A DNA stretch of 64,000 nt, taken from the NCBI GenBank assembly GCA_963725665.1, contig CAVRZA010000002.1, positions 529,062 through 593,061 on the forward strand, written 5' to 3'. The notes below the pieces were generated by a model that saw only the letters and a program-made list of their open reading frames with translations, had not been told where the DNA came from and searched no databases. The DNA is from an uncultured Actinomycetes bacterium. GTDB lineage: Bacteria; Actinomycetota; Thermoleophilia; UBA2241. Of this stretch, positions 28,819 through 41,037 are shown piece after piece; within the stretch, counting starts at the first letter, position 1; each line of letters starts with the position of its first letter. The translations under genes were made by a program, and so were the position numbers.

Positions 28819-30057
28819 GTGGACCCTCAGCGGGCCGCGCTCCGCACCGCGTCCCCGCGCTACGTCGAGGAACGCGCCGCGCGCGTACCTCGTGCCGAGT
28901 TGACCGCCAGGCTGGCCAGGCTGCGCAGTGACCTGGCCGCGCGCGACCTCGACGCCGCCCTCCTCGTGCAGAATGCCGACCTCTACTACTACGCCGGCAC
29001 GGTGCAGCAGGCGCACCTCTACGTGCCCGCCGACGGTGAGCCGACGCTCTTCGCCCGCAAGACCGTCGCTCGTGCCCGCGTGGAGACGCCGCTCGATGTA
29101 GTGCCCCTGGCGAGCGTAGCGGCCCTGCCCGAGCAGCTTGCGGCCCGCTACGGCGCGCCGCCGCAGCGGCTCGGTCTCGAGCTCGACGTCCTGCCCGTCA
29201 ACCAGCTGCGCCGCTACGAGGCGCTGCTGCCCGGCGTGCAGGCCGTCGACGTCTCGCCGCTCGTGATGCGGCAACGCGCCGTCAAATCGCCGTGGGAGGT
29301 CGAGCGCATCCGCGCCGCCGGGGCAGTCACGATCGCCGTGAGCGAGCGGCTGCCCGATCTGCTCGAGGAGGGGATCACCGAGGCGGCACTGGCCGGCCGG
29401 CTCGAGGCCGTGGCGCGGTCGCTCGGGCACCAGGGCGTGATCCGCATGCGCGGCTTCAACCAGGAGATGTTCTACGGGCAGCTCCTCACGGGGGCGAGCG
29501 GCGAAGTCGCGAGCTTCCTCGACACGCCGCTCGCCGGCACCGGCCTGAGCCCTGCCGTCGCCCAAGGCGTGAGCTTCAGGCGGATCGGGCGCGGCGATCC
29601 CATCGTCTTCGACTTCGTCTCGGTCGTCGACGGCTACACGGCCGACTTCACGCGCATGTACGTGCTGGGGGCGCTCGATCCCCGGCTCGAGGAGGCCTAC
29701 GCGGCTGCGCGGCGCATCCAGGAGGCCGTCGCGGCGCGCGCACGGCCGGGAGTGCGCTGCCGCGAGCTGTACGAGACGGCGTGCGAGGTGGCCGAGGCGG
29801 CGGGGCTGGCGGCATCGTTCATGGGGCACGGGGAGGGGCAGGTGCGCTTCATCGGGCACGGCGTCGGCATCGAGTTGGACGAACTGCCCGTGCTCTCGCC
29901 CAACGACCTCACGCTCGAGGAGGGAATGGTGTTCGCGCTCGAGCCCAAGTTCGTGCTTCCGGGGCTCGGCGCGATCGGCATCGAGAACACGTGGCTCGTC
30001 ACAGTGGCAGCGCCCGAAGTACTGACACCGGCGCCCGAGCACATTCGCATCGTGTAG
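28819..30057 (+). CDS. M24 Xaa-Pro peptidase family protein
   Basis: Creatinase-like N-domain, DFTR, GHGVGIELDE, EPK, GIEN. Confidence 0.9.
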   Translation: MDPQRAALRTASPRYVEERAARVPRAELTARLARLRSDLAARDLDAALLVQNADLYYYAGTVQQAHLYVPADGEPTLFARKTVARARVETPLDVVPLASVAALPEQLAARYGAPPQRLGLELDVLPVNQLRRYEALLPGVQAVDVSPLVMRQRAVKSPWEVERIRAAGAVTIAVSERLPDLLEEGITEAALAGRLEAVARSLGHQGVIRMRGFNQEMFYGQLLTGASGEVASFLDTPLAGTGLSPAVAQGVSFRRIGRGDPIVFDFVSVVDGYTADFTRMYVLGALDPRLEEAYAAARRIQEAVAARARPGVRCRELYETACEVAEAAGLAASFMGHGEGQVRFIGHGVGIELDELPVLSPNDLTLEEGMVFALEPKFVLPGLGAIGIENTWLVTVAAPEVLTPAPEHIRIV

Positions 30058-30143
30058 CCGACGGGCGCTCGCGGCCGCGGTGGACTGAGCTGAGTAGACC
30101 GCTCCAGCCGTGGCTGTCGTCTGCCGATTACTACGAGGTCGCC

Positions 30144-30938
30144 ATGAAGCAGCTGACAGACACCGTGTTCGTCCATGAGGTGCAGGTCACCGGCTTCAGC
30201 GTCGCCTGTGCCTTGGTTCTCACGCCACGCCGCGCAATCGTGTTCGACACTCTCACCGGGATCGACGACGTGCGGCCGGTCGCGGCTCTTGTGAACCGGC
30301 ACCGTGAGGGTCGGCGCGTCCTCGTTGTCAACTCGCACCACCATTGGGACCACGTGTACGGCAACGCCGCCTTCGCCGACGACGACATCGTCGCCCACCG
30401 ATCGTGTCGCAAGCTCATGGCGTCGTGGTCGTACACGGAGGACGAGAGCATCCCTCTGCCGCCCGCCGAGGGCGTGCCGTTGCCGACGATCGCCTTCGGC
30501 GACCGCGTGACCTTCGCCGACGATGGCGGGACGCTGCACTTGATCCACACGCCGGGTCACTCTGAGGATTCGCTCGTGGCCTACTACGAGGCGGCGCGGC
30601 TGCTCCTCGCCGGCGACACGCTGGAGTGGCCCCTGCCGCACCTGTGCCAGCGGGACGGGTTCGCCAGCTACGTGCGCACGCTGCGCCAGCTCAAGCAGCT
30701 CCCCGTGACCCGCATCCTGCCGGGCCATGGACCGGTGATGGGCAAGGAGATCATCGACGCCAACCAGCGCTATCTCGAGGGGCTCTACGAGGCGGTGCGG
30801 GCGGCGAAAGAGAACGGTGTCTCGCGGCACGAGCTCACGTTGCCGGCGGAGTGGTTCCTCCCCGAGGGCGTCGAGCTGAACGAGTTCTACGCCGAGGCGC
30901 ATCAGGCCAACGTCGAGTGGGCCTTCGACGAGGTGTAG
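30144..30938 (+). CDS. MBL-fold metallo-hydrolase
   Basis: SHHHWDH, PGHS, AGD, PGHG. Confidence 0.9.
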   Translation: MKQLTDTVFVHEVQVTGFSVACALVLTPRRAIVFDTLTGIDDVRPVAALVNRHREGRRVLVVNSHHHWDHVYGNAAFADDDIVAHRSCRKLMASWSYTEDESIPLPPAEGVPLPTIAFGDRVTFADDGGTLHLIHTPGHSEDSLVAYYEAARLLLAGDTLEWPLPHLCQRDGFASYVRTLRQLKQLPVTRILPGHGPVMGKEIIDANQRYLEGLYEAVRAAKENGVSRHELTLPAEWFLPEGVELNEFYAEAHQANVEWAFDEV

Positions 30939-31044
30939 CAGCTCTAGCGCTCGCGCCTCAGTCACGCTCCCGCCTCGCCTCACGTTCTGCCCTCGCGCCC
31001 GCCGTCTGGTCGTCGGGCGTCTCCAGACCGTCCGGTACAATGCA

Positions 31045-31066
31045 AACTGGACAAAGTGGTCCACTT
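31045..31066. promoter_or_regulatory. Palindromic operator (probable Rrf2 autoregulation)
   Basis: AACTGGAC-N6-GTCCACTT just downstream of a TACAAT -10 (31036-31041) and upstream of the RBS. Confidence 0.6.
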
Positions 31067-31083
31067 CGTGTACAAAAGGAAGC

Positions 31084-31530
31084 ATGCGACTTTCGACACA
31101 AGCGGACTACGCCGTGCGTGTCGTCTATGAGCTCGCTTCGCGTCCTTCCGGAGCCATCGTGCAGACAAAGGAGATCGCTGCGGCTCAAGACGCGCCCGAG
31201 GGGTACCTGGTCAAGGTCGTCCAGGCGCTGGCCCGCGCCGGCGTGCTGCGTACGGTGCGCGGCAGCCAGGGGGGCATAGTCCTGGCTCGGCCGGCGACTG
31301 AGATCTCCGTGCGCCAGGTCTGCGAGGCGATCGAGGGACCGACCATGTTTCACCGCTGCGCGCAGCGGGTCGAGCCGTGCTCGGAGGGCCCCTGCGGGAC
31401 GCACGCCTTCTGGACGAGGATCGAGTCGCTGTTGACGCACGAACTCGAGAGCACGACCTTTGCGGCCCTGGTCTCCCAGGCGCCCCACCGCGACGGCGAG
31501 CCCGTCGCCCATACAGCGCAAGGGAGGTGA
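31084..31530 (+). CDS. Rrf2-family transcriptional regulator (3 Cys, likely Fe-S)
   Basis: LSTQADYAVR, RGSQGG, C-x6-C-x4-C..H. Confidence 0.92.
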   Translation: MRLSTQADYAVRVVYELASRPSGAIVQTKEIAAAQDAPEGYLVKVVQALARAGVLRTVRGSQGGIVLARPATEISVRQVCEAIEGPTMFHRCAQRVEPCSEGPCGTHAFWTRIESLLTHELESTTFAALVSQAPHRDGEPVAHTAQGR

Positions 31531-31537
31531 ACGAAGA

Positions 31538-31774
31538 GTGACGGCAATGATGGAGCAGATAGAGAAGGCGCTCGGCGACGTACGTCCGGCCTTGCAAGCG
31601 GACGGCGGCGACATCGAGCTCGTCGGCGTGACCGACGACGGCATCGTGCAGGTGCGGCTGCAGGGCGCGTGCGCCGGTTGTCCCATGTCGCAGATGACCC
31701 TCACGCAGGGCGTGGAGCGGCATCTGAAGACCGTGGTCCCCGGCGTGGAGCGCGTGGAGAACCTCGGCTTCTAG
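31538..31774 (+). CDS. NifU/Nfu C-terminal domain Fe-S scaffold
   Basis: VRPALQADGGDIEL, GACAGCP. Confidence 0.93.
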   Translation: MTAMMEQIEKALGDVRPALQADGGDIELVGVTDDGIVQVRLQGACAGCPMSQMTLTQGVERHLKTVVPGVERVENLGF

Positions 31775-31782
31775 AAGAGAAT

Positions 31783-31823
31783 GCGAGGGGCGGGGGTGGC
31801 TCTCAGCCACCTCCGCCCCTCGC
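31783..31823. terminator. Hairpin between convergent genes
   Basis: gcgaggggcgggggtggc..gccacctccgcccctcgc. Confidence 0.65.
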
Positions 31824-31827
31824 GCGT

Positions 31828-32517
31828 CTACGCCTCGGAGGGCTTCTCCCCCGGCGCTCCGAAGGCCTCGAGCCGCACGTCGTCGGCGACCGTGTAGGCC
31901 ATGTCGGTGCACCCGGCGATGTCTTCCAGCGTGTAGCCGCAGGCGACCTCCTCGAGCAGCCAGCCTCTCTCTGGATGGCGGCGGAAGAACGCCCGCTCGG
32001 TGATGATCACGTCGGCCTCTTTGGCGCCGGTGAGCGGGAAGGTGCACCTCTTCATGAGCTTGCTGCCGCCGTCCTTGGCGCAGTGCTCGCTGACGATGTA
32101 CACGATCTTGGCGCCGGTCACGAGGTCCATGGCGCCGCCCATGCCGGCGAGCATCTTGCCGGGGATGATCCAGTTGGCGATGTTGCCCTCCTCGTCGACC
32201 TGCAGGGTGCCGAGGAAGGTCGCGTCGACGTGGCCGCCGCGGATCATCGCGAACGAGGTCGCGCTGTCGAAGTAGCTGCCGCCGGGGATGAGCGTGATGG
32301 GCTGGTTGCCGGCGTTGGCGCGGTCGCGGTCCTCGCAGCCGGGATCGGGGCGCGGACCCACGCCCACGGCTCCGTTCTCGGTCTGGATGACCACGTCGAC
32401 ACCCTCGGGCACGTAGTTGGCGATCAGCGTCGGCAAGCCGATGCCCAGGTTGATGATCTGGCCGTCCCTGAGCTCGCGGCCGGCGCGGGCGGCGATGGTC
32501 GTCTTGGCGTCAGGCAT
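31828..32517 (-). CDS. 3-oxoacid/acetate CoA-transferase subunit B
   Basis: INLGIGLPT, TENG (catalytic Glu), GMGGAMDLV. Confidence 0.93.
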   Translation of the reverse strand: MPDAKTTIAARAGRELRDGQIINLGIGLPTLIANYVPEGVDVVIQTENGAVGVGPRPDPGCEDRDRANAGNQPITLIPGGSYFDSATSFAMIRGGHVDATFLGTLQVDEEGNIANWIIPGKMLAGMGGAMDLVTGAKIVYIVSEHCAKDGGSKLMKRCTFPLTGAKEADVIITERAFFRRHPERGWLLEEVACGYTLEDIAGCTDMAYTVADDVRLEAFGAPGEKPSEA

Positions 32518-33208
32518 TGTTGATCACCTCTTCGCGCATCACGCAGTACTCGATGTTGGCGCGCACCACGGCGTCGACGAAGATGCCCGGGGTGTGGATG
32601 GCGTTGGGATCGAGCTCGCCGAGGACGTACAGGTCCTCGACCTCCGCGATGACGTAGTCGGCGCACATGGCCGCCGGCACGTTGAAGTTGCGTGAGGTGC
32701 CGCGGTAGATGAGGTTGCCCCAGGTGTCGCCGGCGTGGGCGCGCACGATGGCGATGTCGCAGCGCAGCGCCGGCACGAGGATGAACGTGCGGCCGTCGAG
32801 CTCGATGAGCTGCTTGCCCTCCTCGGCCACGGTGCCGACCCCGGTGGGAGTGAGGAAGCCGCCGAGCCCGGCGCCGCCGCAGCGCATCATCTCCGCCAGC
32901 GTGCCCTGCGGCGTCGCCTCGACCTCGAGCTTGCCCTCGTTCATCAGCCGGCCGATGTCGGGGGTCGTGCCGACGTGGCTGGCGACGATCTTTCGGACCT
33001 TGCCCTGTAGGGCGAGTTCGACGACGCCGCGGTCGTGGTAGCCGGCGTCGTTCTCGTACAGGGTGAGGTCGGTCACGTCCATCGTCTTCAGATGGTCGAT
33101 GAGCGTCAGTGGGTCACCCTGACCGATGAAGCCGCCGACGGCGATGCTCATGCCTGAGCGGACATGCGACATGGCCTCGGCGATCGGCACTACCTTGTTC
33201 TTCGGCAC
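32510..33208 (-). CDS. 3-oxoacid/acetate CoA-transferase subunit A
   Basis: GGF, PQGTLAE, TGVGT, RNFN, HTPGIFVD. Confidence 0.93.
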   Translation of the reverse strand: MPKNKVVPIAEAMSHVRSGMSIAVGGFIGQGDPLTLIDHLKTMDVTDLTLYENDAGYHDRGVVELALQGKVRKIVASHVGTTPDIGRLMNEGKLEVEATPQGTLAEMMRCGGAGLGGFLTPTGVGTVAEEGKQLIELDGRTFILVPALRCDIAIVRAHAGDTWGNLIYRGTSRNFNVPAAMCADYVIAEVEDLYVLGELDPNAIHTPGIFVDAVVRANIEYCVMREEVINNA

Positions 33209-33408
33209 CTTCAGTCCTCTGTGGCATGCTTCGCGCCCGATCGGCCGGTCGCGAGAACATGTGAAGCGTATCACCAGCCCGGTCGCGCCGTCGTCCGTCG
33301 CCCCCGGGACCGTCTCGTCCGTTCTCTCGTCGCGGTGCTCTTGGAGGCCCGTCGGCCTTCCAGGCGGATACCCCTACGCCGCCCCGGGCGGTCGCGTGCG
33401 GTCGGTTC

Positions 33409-35397
33409 CTACCGCGAGTCGCGCACTCCGGTGAGGGCGTTGGGGTTCTCGACGCTTGAGAGGTCGCCGGGGTCCTGCTGCAGATAGGCCCGGCGGATGA
33501 CGCCGCGCACGATCTTGCCCGAACGAGTCTTGGGCAGGGCATCGACGAAACGCACGTCGTCGGGGCGCAGCGTCTTGCCGAGCGCCGCGACGACCTGCTG
33601 CCGGAGTGCCGCGCGCAGATCCTCAGACTCCTCGACGGCGGGGTTCAGCACGACGAAACAGACGAGCGCCTCGCCCTTGATCTCGTGCGGCACGCCAATG
33701 GCGGCGGCTTCGGAGACCGCCGGGTGCTCGATGAGCGCCGCTTCGACCTCGGCCGGGCCGGTGCGGCGTCCGCTCACCTTGATCGTGTCGTCGGCGCGCC
33801 CGCGCAGGAACCAGAAGCCGTCGCCGTCGACGTAGGCCCAGTCGCCGTGGAACCACAGGTCGGGGCCGAAGCGGCTGAAATAGGTGTCGAGGTAGCGGTC
33901 GGGGTCGTTCAGGAAGCCCTTCGTCATGGACGGCGCCGGTCGCCGGCAGACGAGGTAGCCGAGCTGCTCGCGCACAGGTCGCGCGTCGTCGTCCACGCAG
34001 TCGACGGCCATGCCCAGCATCGGCCCGCGCAACGTCGTCGGCTTGAGGGCGCTGATCGGCAGCGGCATGAGGAAGCAGCCGACGATCTCGGTGCCGCCGG
34101 AGATGTTGATGATCGGTACGCGCCCGCCACCGACGCGCTCGAAGAACCACATGTACGAATCGGGGTCCCACGGCTCGCCCGTCGACCCCAGGTACTTGAG
34201 GCTGGAGAGGTCATAGCGGTCGGGGTCCGCCGGGCCCTCCTTCATGAGCAGGCGGATGGCCGTCGGCGAGATCCCCAGATGGGTGGCGCGCAACTCGGCG
34301 CAGACCTCCCAGAGGCGTCCCGGGTGGGGCCAGTCCGGCGCTCCTTCGAAGAGGACCACGGTCGCGCCGAAGAAGTGCACGCCGATGAGCTCCCAGGGTC
34401 CCATCATCCAGCCGATGTCGGTGAGCCAGAAGAAGACGTCGTCGGGTTTGACGTCGAAGGCGTAGCCGAGCTCCTTGGCCATCTGCGCCAGGCAGCCGGC
34501 GTGCGTGTGCACCGTCCCCTTGGGGCGTCCGGTCGTGCCCGAGGTGAAGATGATGATGGAGCGGTGCTCGGCCTCGAGGCTCTCGGTCGCGCACGTCTCG
34601 CCATGGGCGCCGAGGAACTCGTCCCACCAGACGTCGCGCCCCGGGGTCATCGGGCAGTCGATCGCCGCCTCAGTGCGCCGCTCGCCTCCCAGGCGGTCGA
34701 CGACGACCACCGTCTCGATCCCCGCGTACTCCTCGATGGCGCGGTCGACCTCGGGCTTGATGGCGAAGGGCTTGCCCCGCCTCAGCGATCCGTCGGCGGT
34801 GAAGACTATCTTGCTGGCGCCGTCCTCGAGGCGCGTCGCCAGGGCGTGGGCGCCGAAGCCCGAGAAGACGGGGATGAGGACGGCTCCGATCTTGAGCGCC
34901 GCGTAGAAGACCGCCACGAGCTCGGGGACCATCGGCATGAAAAGGCCGACGGCGTCGCCTCGCTGCACGCCGGCGGCCCGCATGGCGTTGGCGACCCGGC
35001 AGACTTGGCGGTCGAGCTCGGCATAGGTGACCGTGCGCCGCTCGCCGCCCTCTGTGACCCACTCCAGGGCGGCGCGATCGCGACGCGGGCCATCCGCGTG
35101 ACGATCGAGGCAGTTGCGCACCACGTTGAGCTTGCCGCCCACGAACCAGCGCGCCCAGGGGAAGCCCGCGATTCGTCGAGCACGGTGCTGTAGGGCTCGT
35201 CCCACTCCACGCCGAGGTCTGTGCAGCGCGGCGTCCCAGAACCAGGCCACGTCGGTCGTCGAACGCTCGACGAGCTCGTCGTAGGTGGAGACGCCGTGGG
35301 CGTCCATGAAGCGCCGCACGTTGCTCTTCTCGAGGTAGTCGCCGTACGGCTCCCAGATGATCCTGTCGGGGGCGGCCGGCGCCGACGCTTCGCCCAT
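33409..35397 (-). CDS. Acetyl-CoA synthetase-like AMP-forming ligase (compensating frameshift ~35170-35225)
   Basis: FTSGTTGRPKG, STGEP, SGGTE, GRADD, PKTRSGK; the segment DLGVEWDEPYSTVLDES lies in another frame. Confidence 0.92.
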   Translation of the reverse strand: MGEASAPAAPDRIIWEPYGDYLEKSNVRRFMDAHGVSTYDELVERSTTDVAWFWDAALHRPRRGVGRALQHRARRIAGFPWARWFVGGKLNVVRNCLDRHADGPRRDRAALEWVTEGGERRTVTYAELDRQVCRVANAMRAAGVQRGDAVGLFMPMVPELVAVFYAALKIGAVLIPVFSGFGAHALATRLEDGASKIVFTADGSLRRGKPFAIKPEVDRAIEEYAGIETVVVVDRLGGERRTEAAIDCPMTPGRDVWWDEFLGAHGETCATESLEAEHRSIIIFTSGTTGRPKGTVHTHAGCLAQMAKELGYAFDVKPDDVFFWLTDIGWMMGPWELIGVHFFGATVVLFEGAPDWPHPGRLWEVCAELRATHLGISPTAIRLLMKEGPADPDRYDLSSLKYLGSTGEPWDPDSYMWFFERVGGGRVPIINISGGTEIVGCFLMPLPISALKPTTLRGPMLGMAVDCVDDDARPVREQLGYLVCRRPAPSMTKGFLNDPDRYLDTYFSRFGPDLWFHGDWAYVDGDGFWFLRGRADDTIKVSGRRTGPAEVEAALIEHPAVSEAAAIGVPHEIKGEALVCFVVLNPAVEESEDLRAALRQQVVAALGKTLRPDDVRFVDALPKTRSGKIVRGVIRRAYLQQDPGDLSSVENPNALTGVRDSR

Positions 35398-35835
35398 GTC
35401 CCGTCTCCTTTCGTGGGCCGCCTCCCGTGCGGCCGCGGGCTTGTCGAGCGTCGCACGTGGCGCGATCCGCCCTACAGCCTGGAAGGAAGCTCCCCACCTC
35501 AGTGCCGAGATTGGGCGATTGTAGGAGTCGTCGGAGGCCGGGGCAACGACGCGCGCCACGCGCCGGCGCGCGATGCTGCCGTGGGCAAGAGGTGCGGGGG
35601 CCCTCTGTACATGACTACCGCGCTTCAGAGGCTCGTGCCGTCTACGCTCGACAGAATGGCCTCACGCAGTCCGGCACAACGACGAGCGGCTAGCGGAGCA
35701 GTCTCCCGTTTCGGCCGATCTCCACAGCGCACCCGGTGTCTATCGCCGCGCATTGCGGCGCGTCCTGATGGATGCGAGGAGGCTGCAGTACCACGCCGGG
35801 GAGCGTGAGCCACTCATCGCGCATTGGTGGGGTAC

Positions 35836-37131
35836 TCAGGGCGCGTACAACACGTAGTACGCCGGGACGTACAGAAGGCTCGCGACGACGAGCGTGAAGA
35901 GCATCGTCGGGAGGCCGCGCCTCGTCCAATAGGCCGAGGTGATCGGGTGCTGGGTGCGCTCCGAGAGACTGGCGACCACGACATTGGCGGAGGCACCGAT
36001 GATGGTGCCGTTACCGCCGAGGCCGGCGCCGAAGGCGAGCGCCCACCAGAGGGCCTCCACATCGACGCCTTCCTTCTGCAGTCCGAGGATAACGGGGATC
36101 AGGGCGATGGTGATGGGGATGTTGTCGACCACCGCCGACAGCAGGCCGACCACCCAGATCACGGCGATGCCCACAAGCACGGGGTTCACGTCCTTGAGGC
36201 CCACGAGGCTCTCCGCCGCCTTCTCGAGCACCCCCGACGCTTCCAGTCCCCCGACCATCACGAACAGGCCCGTGAAGAAGACGAGCACGCTCCACTCGAC
36301 ACGCTGGACGGTCTCGTGCACGTCGGGCCGCACCCAGAGCAGGGCGGCGGCGGCCCCGACGAAGGCGATCATCGATGGCGCCATGTGCAGCGGCCCCTGC
36401 AGCACGAAGAGCACGATGACGCCGGCGAAGACGATGATCGTCTTGCGAGCGGTGGGCCAGTCGCGTATCTCCTTCTTTGGGTCGAGCTGCTCAAGCTCTT
36501 GGAAGCGGGCCGGCTCGACCCGCAGCTCCCCGCCGATGAGGTAGCGCAGCACGAACAGGCTGGCGATCCAGATACCGATGACCACGGGCAGGGAGTTCAC
36601 GATAAAGTCGTTGAAGCTCAGCCCGGACGCGGAGCCGATGATGATGTTGGGCGGATCACCGATGAGGGTGGCGATGCCACCGATGTTGGAGAGCAGCGCC
36701 TCGGAGAGCAGGAACGGCGCCGGGCTGACCTCGAACATCTCGCAGAGGACGATGGTGACCGGCGCCATCACGACGACGGTCGTGACGTTGTCGAGGAACA
36801 TCGAGACGACGGACGTCACGAGGCCGAGCAGCACCATGAGCCGGAACGGCCTTCCCTTCGATGCCCGTCCGGCCCACAGGGCGAGGAACTCAAAGACGCC
36901 GGTGGGGGCGAGGATGGCGACGATGATCATCATCCCCAGGAGCAGGCCGATGGTGTTGAAGTCGACGGCGAGAAGAGCTTCGCCCTCGTTGTAGAAACCC
37001 AGCAGCTTACCGACACCGACCATGATGACCGCGCCCACCATGGCCAGGATGGTCCGGTGCGCCTTCTCCGTCAGAATGAGGACCAGAGTGACGATGAAGA
37101 TCGCTAGCGCTATGAGCATCTCTGCGGTCAT
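35836..37131 (-). CDS. ArsB/NhaD (IT superfamily) transporter
   Basis: FLDNVTT, IGDPPN, VDNIP, GGNGTIIGASAN; about 12 TM helices. Confidence 0.9.
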   Translation of the reverse strand: MTAEMLIALAIFIVTLVLILTEKAHRTILAMVGAVIMVGVGKLLGFYNEGEALLAVDFNTIGLLLGMMIIVAILAPTGVFEFLALWAGRASKGRPFRLMVLLGLVTSVVSMFLDNVTTVVVMAPVTIVLCEMFEVSPAPFLLSEALLSNIGGIATLIGDPPNIIIGSASGLSFNDFIVNSLPVVIGIWIASLFVLRYLIGGELRVEPARFQELEQLDPKKEIRDWPTARKTIIVFAGVIVLFVLQGPLHMAPSMIAFVGAAAALLWVRPDVHETVQRVEWSVLVFFTGLFVMVGGLEASGVLEKAAESLVGLKDVNPVLVGIAVIWVVGLLSAVVDNIPITIALIPVILGLQKEGVDVEALWWALAFGAGLGGNGTIIGASANVVVASLSERTQHPITSAYWTRRGLPTMLFTLVVASLLYVPAYYVLYAP

Positions 37132-37533
37132 TGCCCCTGTGCCTATGCCGCCCTCACCCCTGGCCCGGTTCGAGACCACGCAAGGGGCGCACCGGGTGAA
37201 GTGCATCTTCGACACCGGTGACGCCACCGAGACGTGCGACAAGCATACCGTGGTGGCAGTTGGCACCCGAGCCAGGACCGCGCTAGCGGTCTCCGAGCAC
37301 TCGTCTCGCATGTCCGGTCTCCGCGGCGCAGCGGGTTCGTTCTCTGCACCACCTTGGGCTGTTCAGTCGGCTCACAGGGCGTGAGTCCGGCCGGGAAGAA
37401 AGCGAGGACCGATGTGCCAAGGGCACGCCGCTGCCGTCGCGATCGTCCACGTGGGCCTCCTTGGCGGGCGCATACCGCGTCGCGCGCCTGGTCGATATAC
37501 TGCGCTTCGGTCCCGGCTCTCCTAGGAGGCACC

Positions 37534-38403
37534 ATGACGGCCGTTGGCGACGAGGCGATGGTGGGCATCATCGGCGGCTCGGGTTTCTACGAGCTGCTCG
37601 AGGACGCGCGCGAGGTGGCCCTGGAGACGCCGTTCGGCGCCCCGAGCGACGTCTACTTCGTGGGCGTGATCGGCGGCGTACCTGTGGCGTTCCTGCCGCG
37701 TCACGGGCGCGGTCATCGCATCATGCCCGGCGAGATCAACTACCGCGCCAACATCTGGGGCATGAAGGCCCTGGGGGTCCGCTACCTGATCTCCGCCAGC
37801 GCCGTGGGCAGCCTGCGCGAGGACCTCAAGCCTCTCGACATCGTCGTGCCCGACCAGCTCTTCGACCGCACGAAGGCGAGGGTGTCGACCTTCTTCGGGG
37901 AAGGTGTCGTCGTGCACATGGGCTTCGCCGACCCGTTCTGCGCCTATGCCTCGAAGCGCCTGTTCGAGGAGGGGCGGGCCGTCGGCGCGACGGTGCACGC
38001 CGGCGGCACGTACGTCTGTATCGAAGGCCCGCAGTTCTCGACGCGCGCGGAGTCGCACGTCTACCGGCAGATGGGCTTCGACATCATCGGCATGACGAAT
38101 CTGCAGGAGGCCAAGCTGGCCCGCGAGGCGGAGCTCTGCTACGCCACCATGGCTCTTGTGACCGACTACGACGTATGGTACGAAGGCGGTGAGGACGTGA
38201 CCCTCGAGCAGGTTCTCTCCAACGTGCGCCGCAACGTCGAGACGGCCCAGACGATCGTGCGCCGCGTCGTGCCGGCGCTCGACCTCGAGCGCGACTGCGG
38301 CTGCCGGCACGCGGTGGAGAACGCGGTGAACACGCCGTCCGAGCTGATCCCCGCGGCGACGAAGGAGAAGCTCGACCTGCTCATCGGCAAGTACATCTCG
38401 TAG
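37534..38403 (+). CDS. mtnP: S-methyl-5'-thioadenosine phosphorylase
   Basis: GIIGGSG, RHGRGH, EGPQFSTRAES, GMT, VTDYD. Confidence 0.93.
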   Translation: MTAVGDEAMVGIIGGSGFYELLEDAREVALETPFGAPSDVYFVGVIGGVPVAFLPRHGRGHRIMPGEINYRANIWGMKALGVRYLISASAVGSLREDLKPLDIVVPDQLFDRTKARVSTFFGEGVVVHMGFADPFCAYASKRLFEEGRAVGATVHAGGTYVCIEGPQFSTRAESHVYRQMGFDIIGMTNLQEAKLAREAELCYATMALVTDYDVWYEGGEDVTLEQVLSNVRRNVETAQTIVRRVVPALDLERDCGCRHAVENAVNTPSELIPAATKEKLDLLIGKYIS

Positions 38404-38476
38404 GGGACTAAGAGCGGCCGCCGGCTGGCGGAGTCCAGAGCCGGCGGCCGCCTGCGGGAGTGAAAGGAGCTGGAGC

Positions 38477-40619
<2,143 letters not shown>

Positions 40620-40664
40620 GGAGCCGCGCGGGAAGACTCCTGCGCAGCCGGCAGACGGGCGGGA

Positions 40665-40708
40665 CGAGGCGGGGGCGCCGCGCCGTGAGGCGCGGCGCCC
40701 CCGCCTCG
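40665..40708 (+). terminator. Perfect 20-bp GC hairpin after hppA
   Basis: cgaggcgggggcgccgcgcc-gtga-ggcgcggcgcccccgcctcg. Confidence 0.7.
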
Positions 40709-40796
40709 AGGTGTCCGCCCCCGCCCTTGCGGGCCAACCTTCGCGGTGCTAGCGTTGCGAGCTTGGGTCGGGAGCCTGAGAGAGAACACGTGGGAC

Positions 40797-40955
40797 ATGC
40801 ACAGGACTCGTCAGATCTTCTCCGTCGTCTTCGTCGTTCTCGGCGCGGCTCTGCTCGTGCGCGGCCTCTGGGCGGGCGTCTGGCCGCTCTCGATTCAGAC
40901 GATCGCAGGGGCGCTCCTCCTCGCCATGGGAGTGCTGCGCCTGCGCTACTCGTAG
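40797..40955 (+). CDS. Small two-TM membrane protein
   Basis: 52 aa with two hydrophobic helices; precedes the APC/Trk operon. Confidence 0.55.
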   Translation: MHRTRQIFSVVFVVLGAALLVRGLWAGVWPLSIQTIAGALLLAMGVLRLRYS

Positions 40956-41037
40956 CAGTGCCTCACCGGGCGCGAAACGGCGAGGCGGCGTCCTCGCCGG
41001 TCACGGGAGCCACGATCCAGTCTGAGGCGGCCGCCTG

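Noticed and set aside
29292-30143. Long N-terminal extension of the MBL hydrolase
   Set aside because: Off-frame overlap with the M24 peptidase; real start at 30144 with a GAGG RBS.
40620-41037. c-di-AMP (ydaO) riboswitch upstream of the K+ transport genes
   Set aside because: Conserved ydaO blocks not found; the region is explained by a terminator hairpin and a small ORF.
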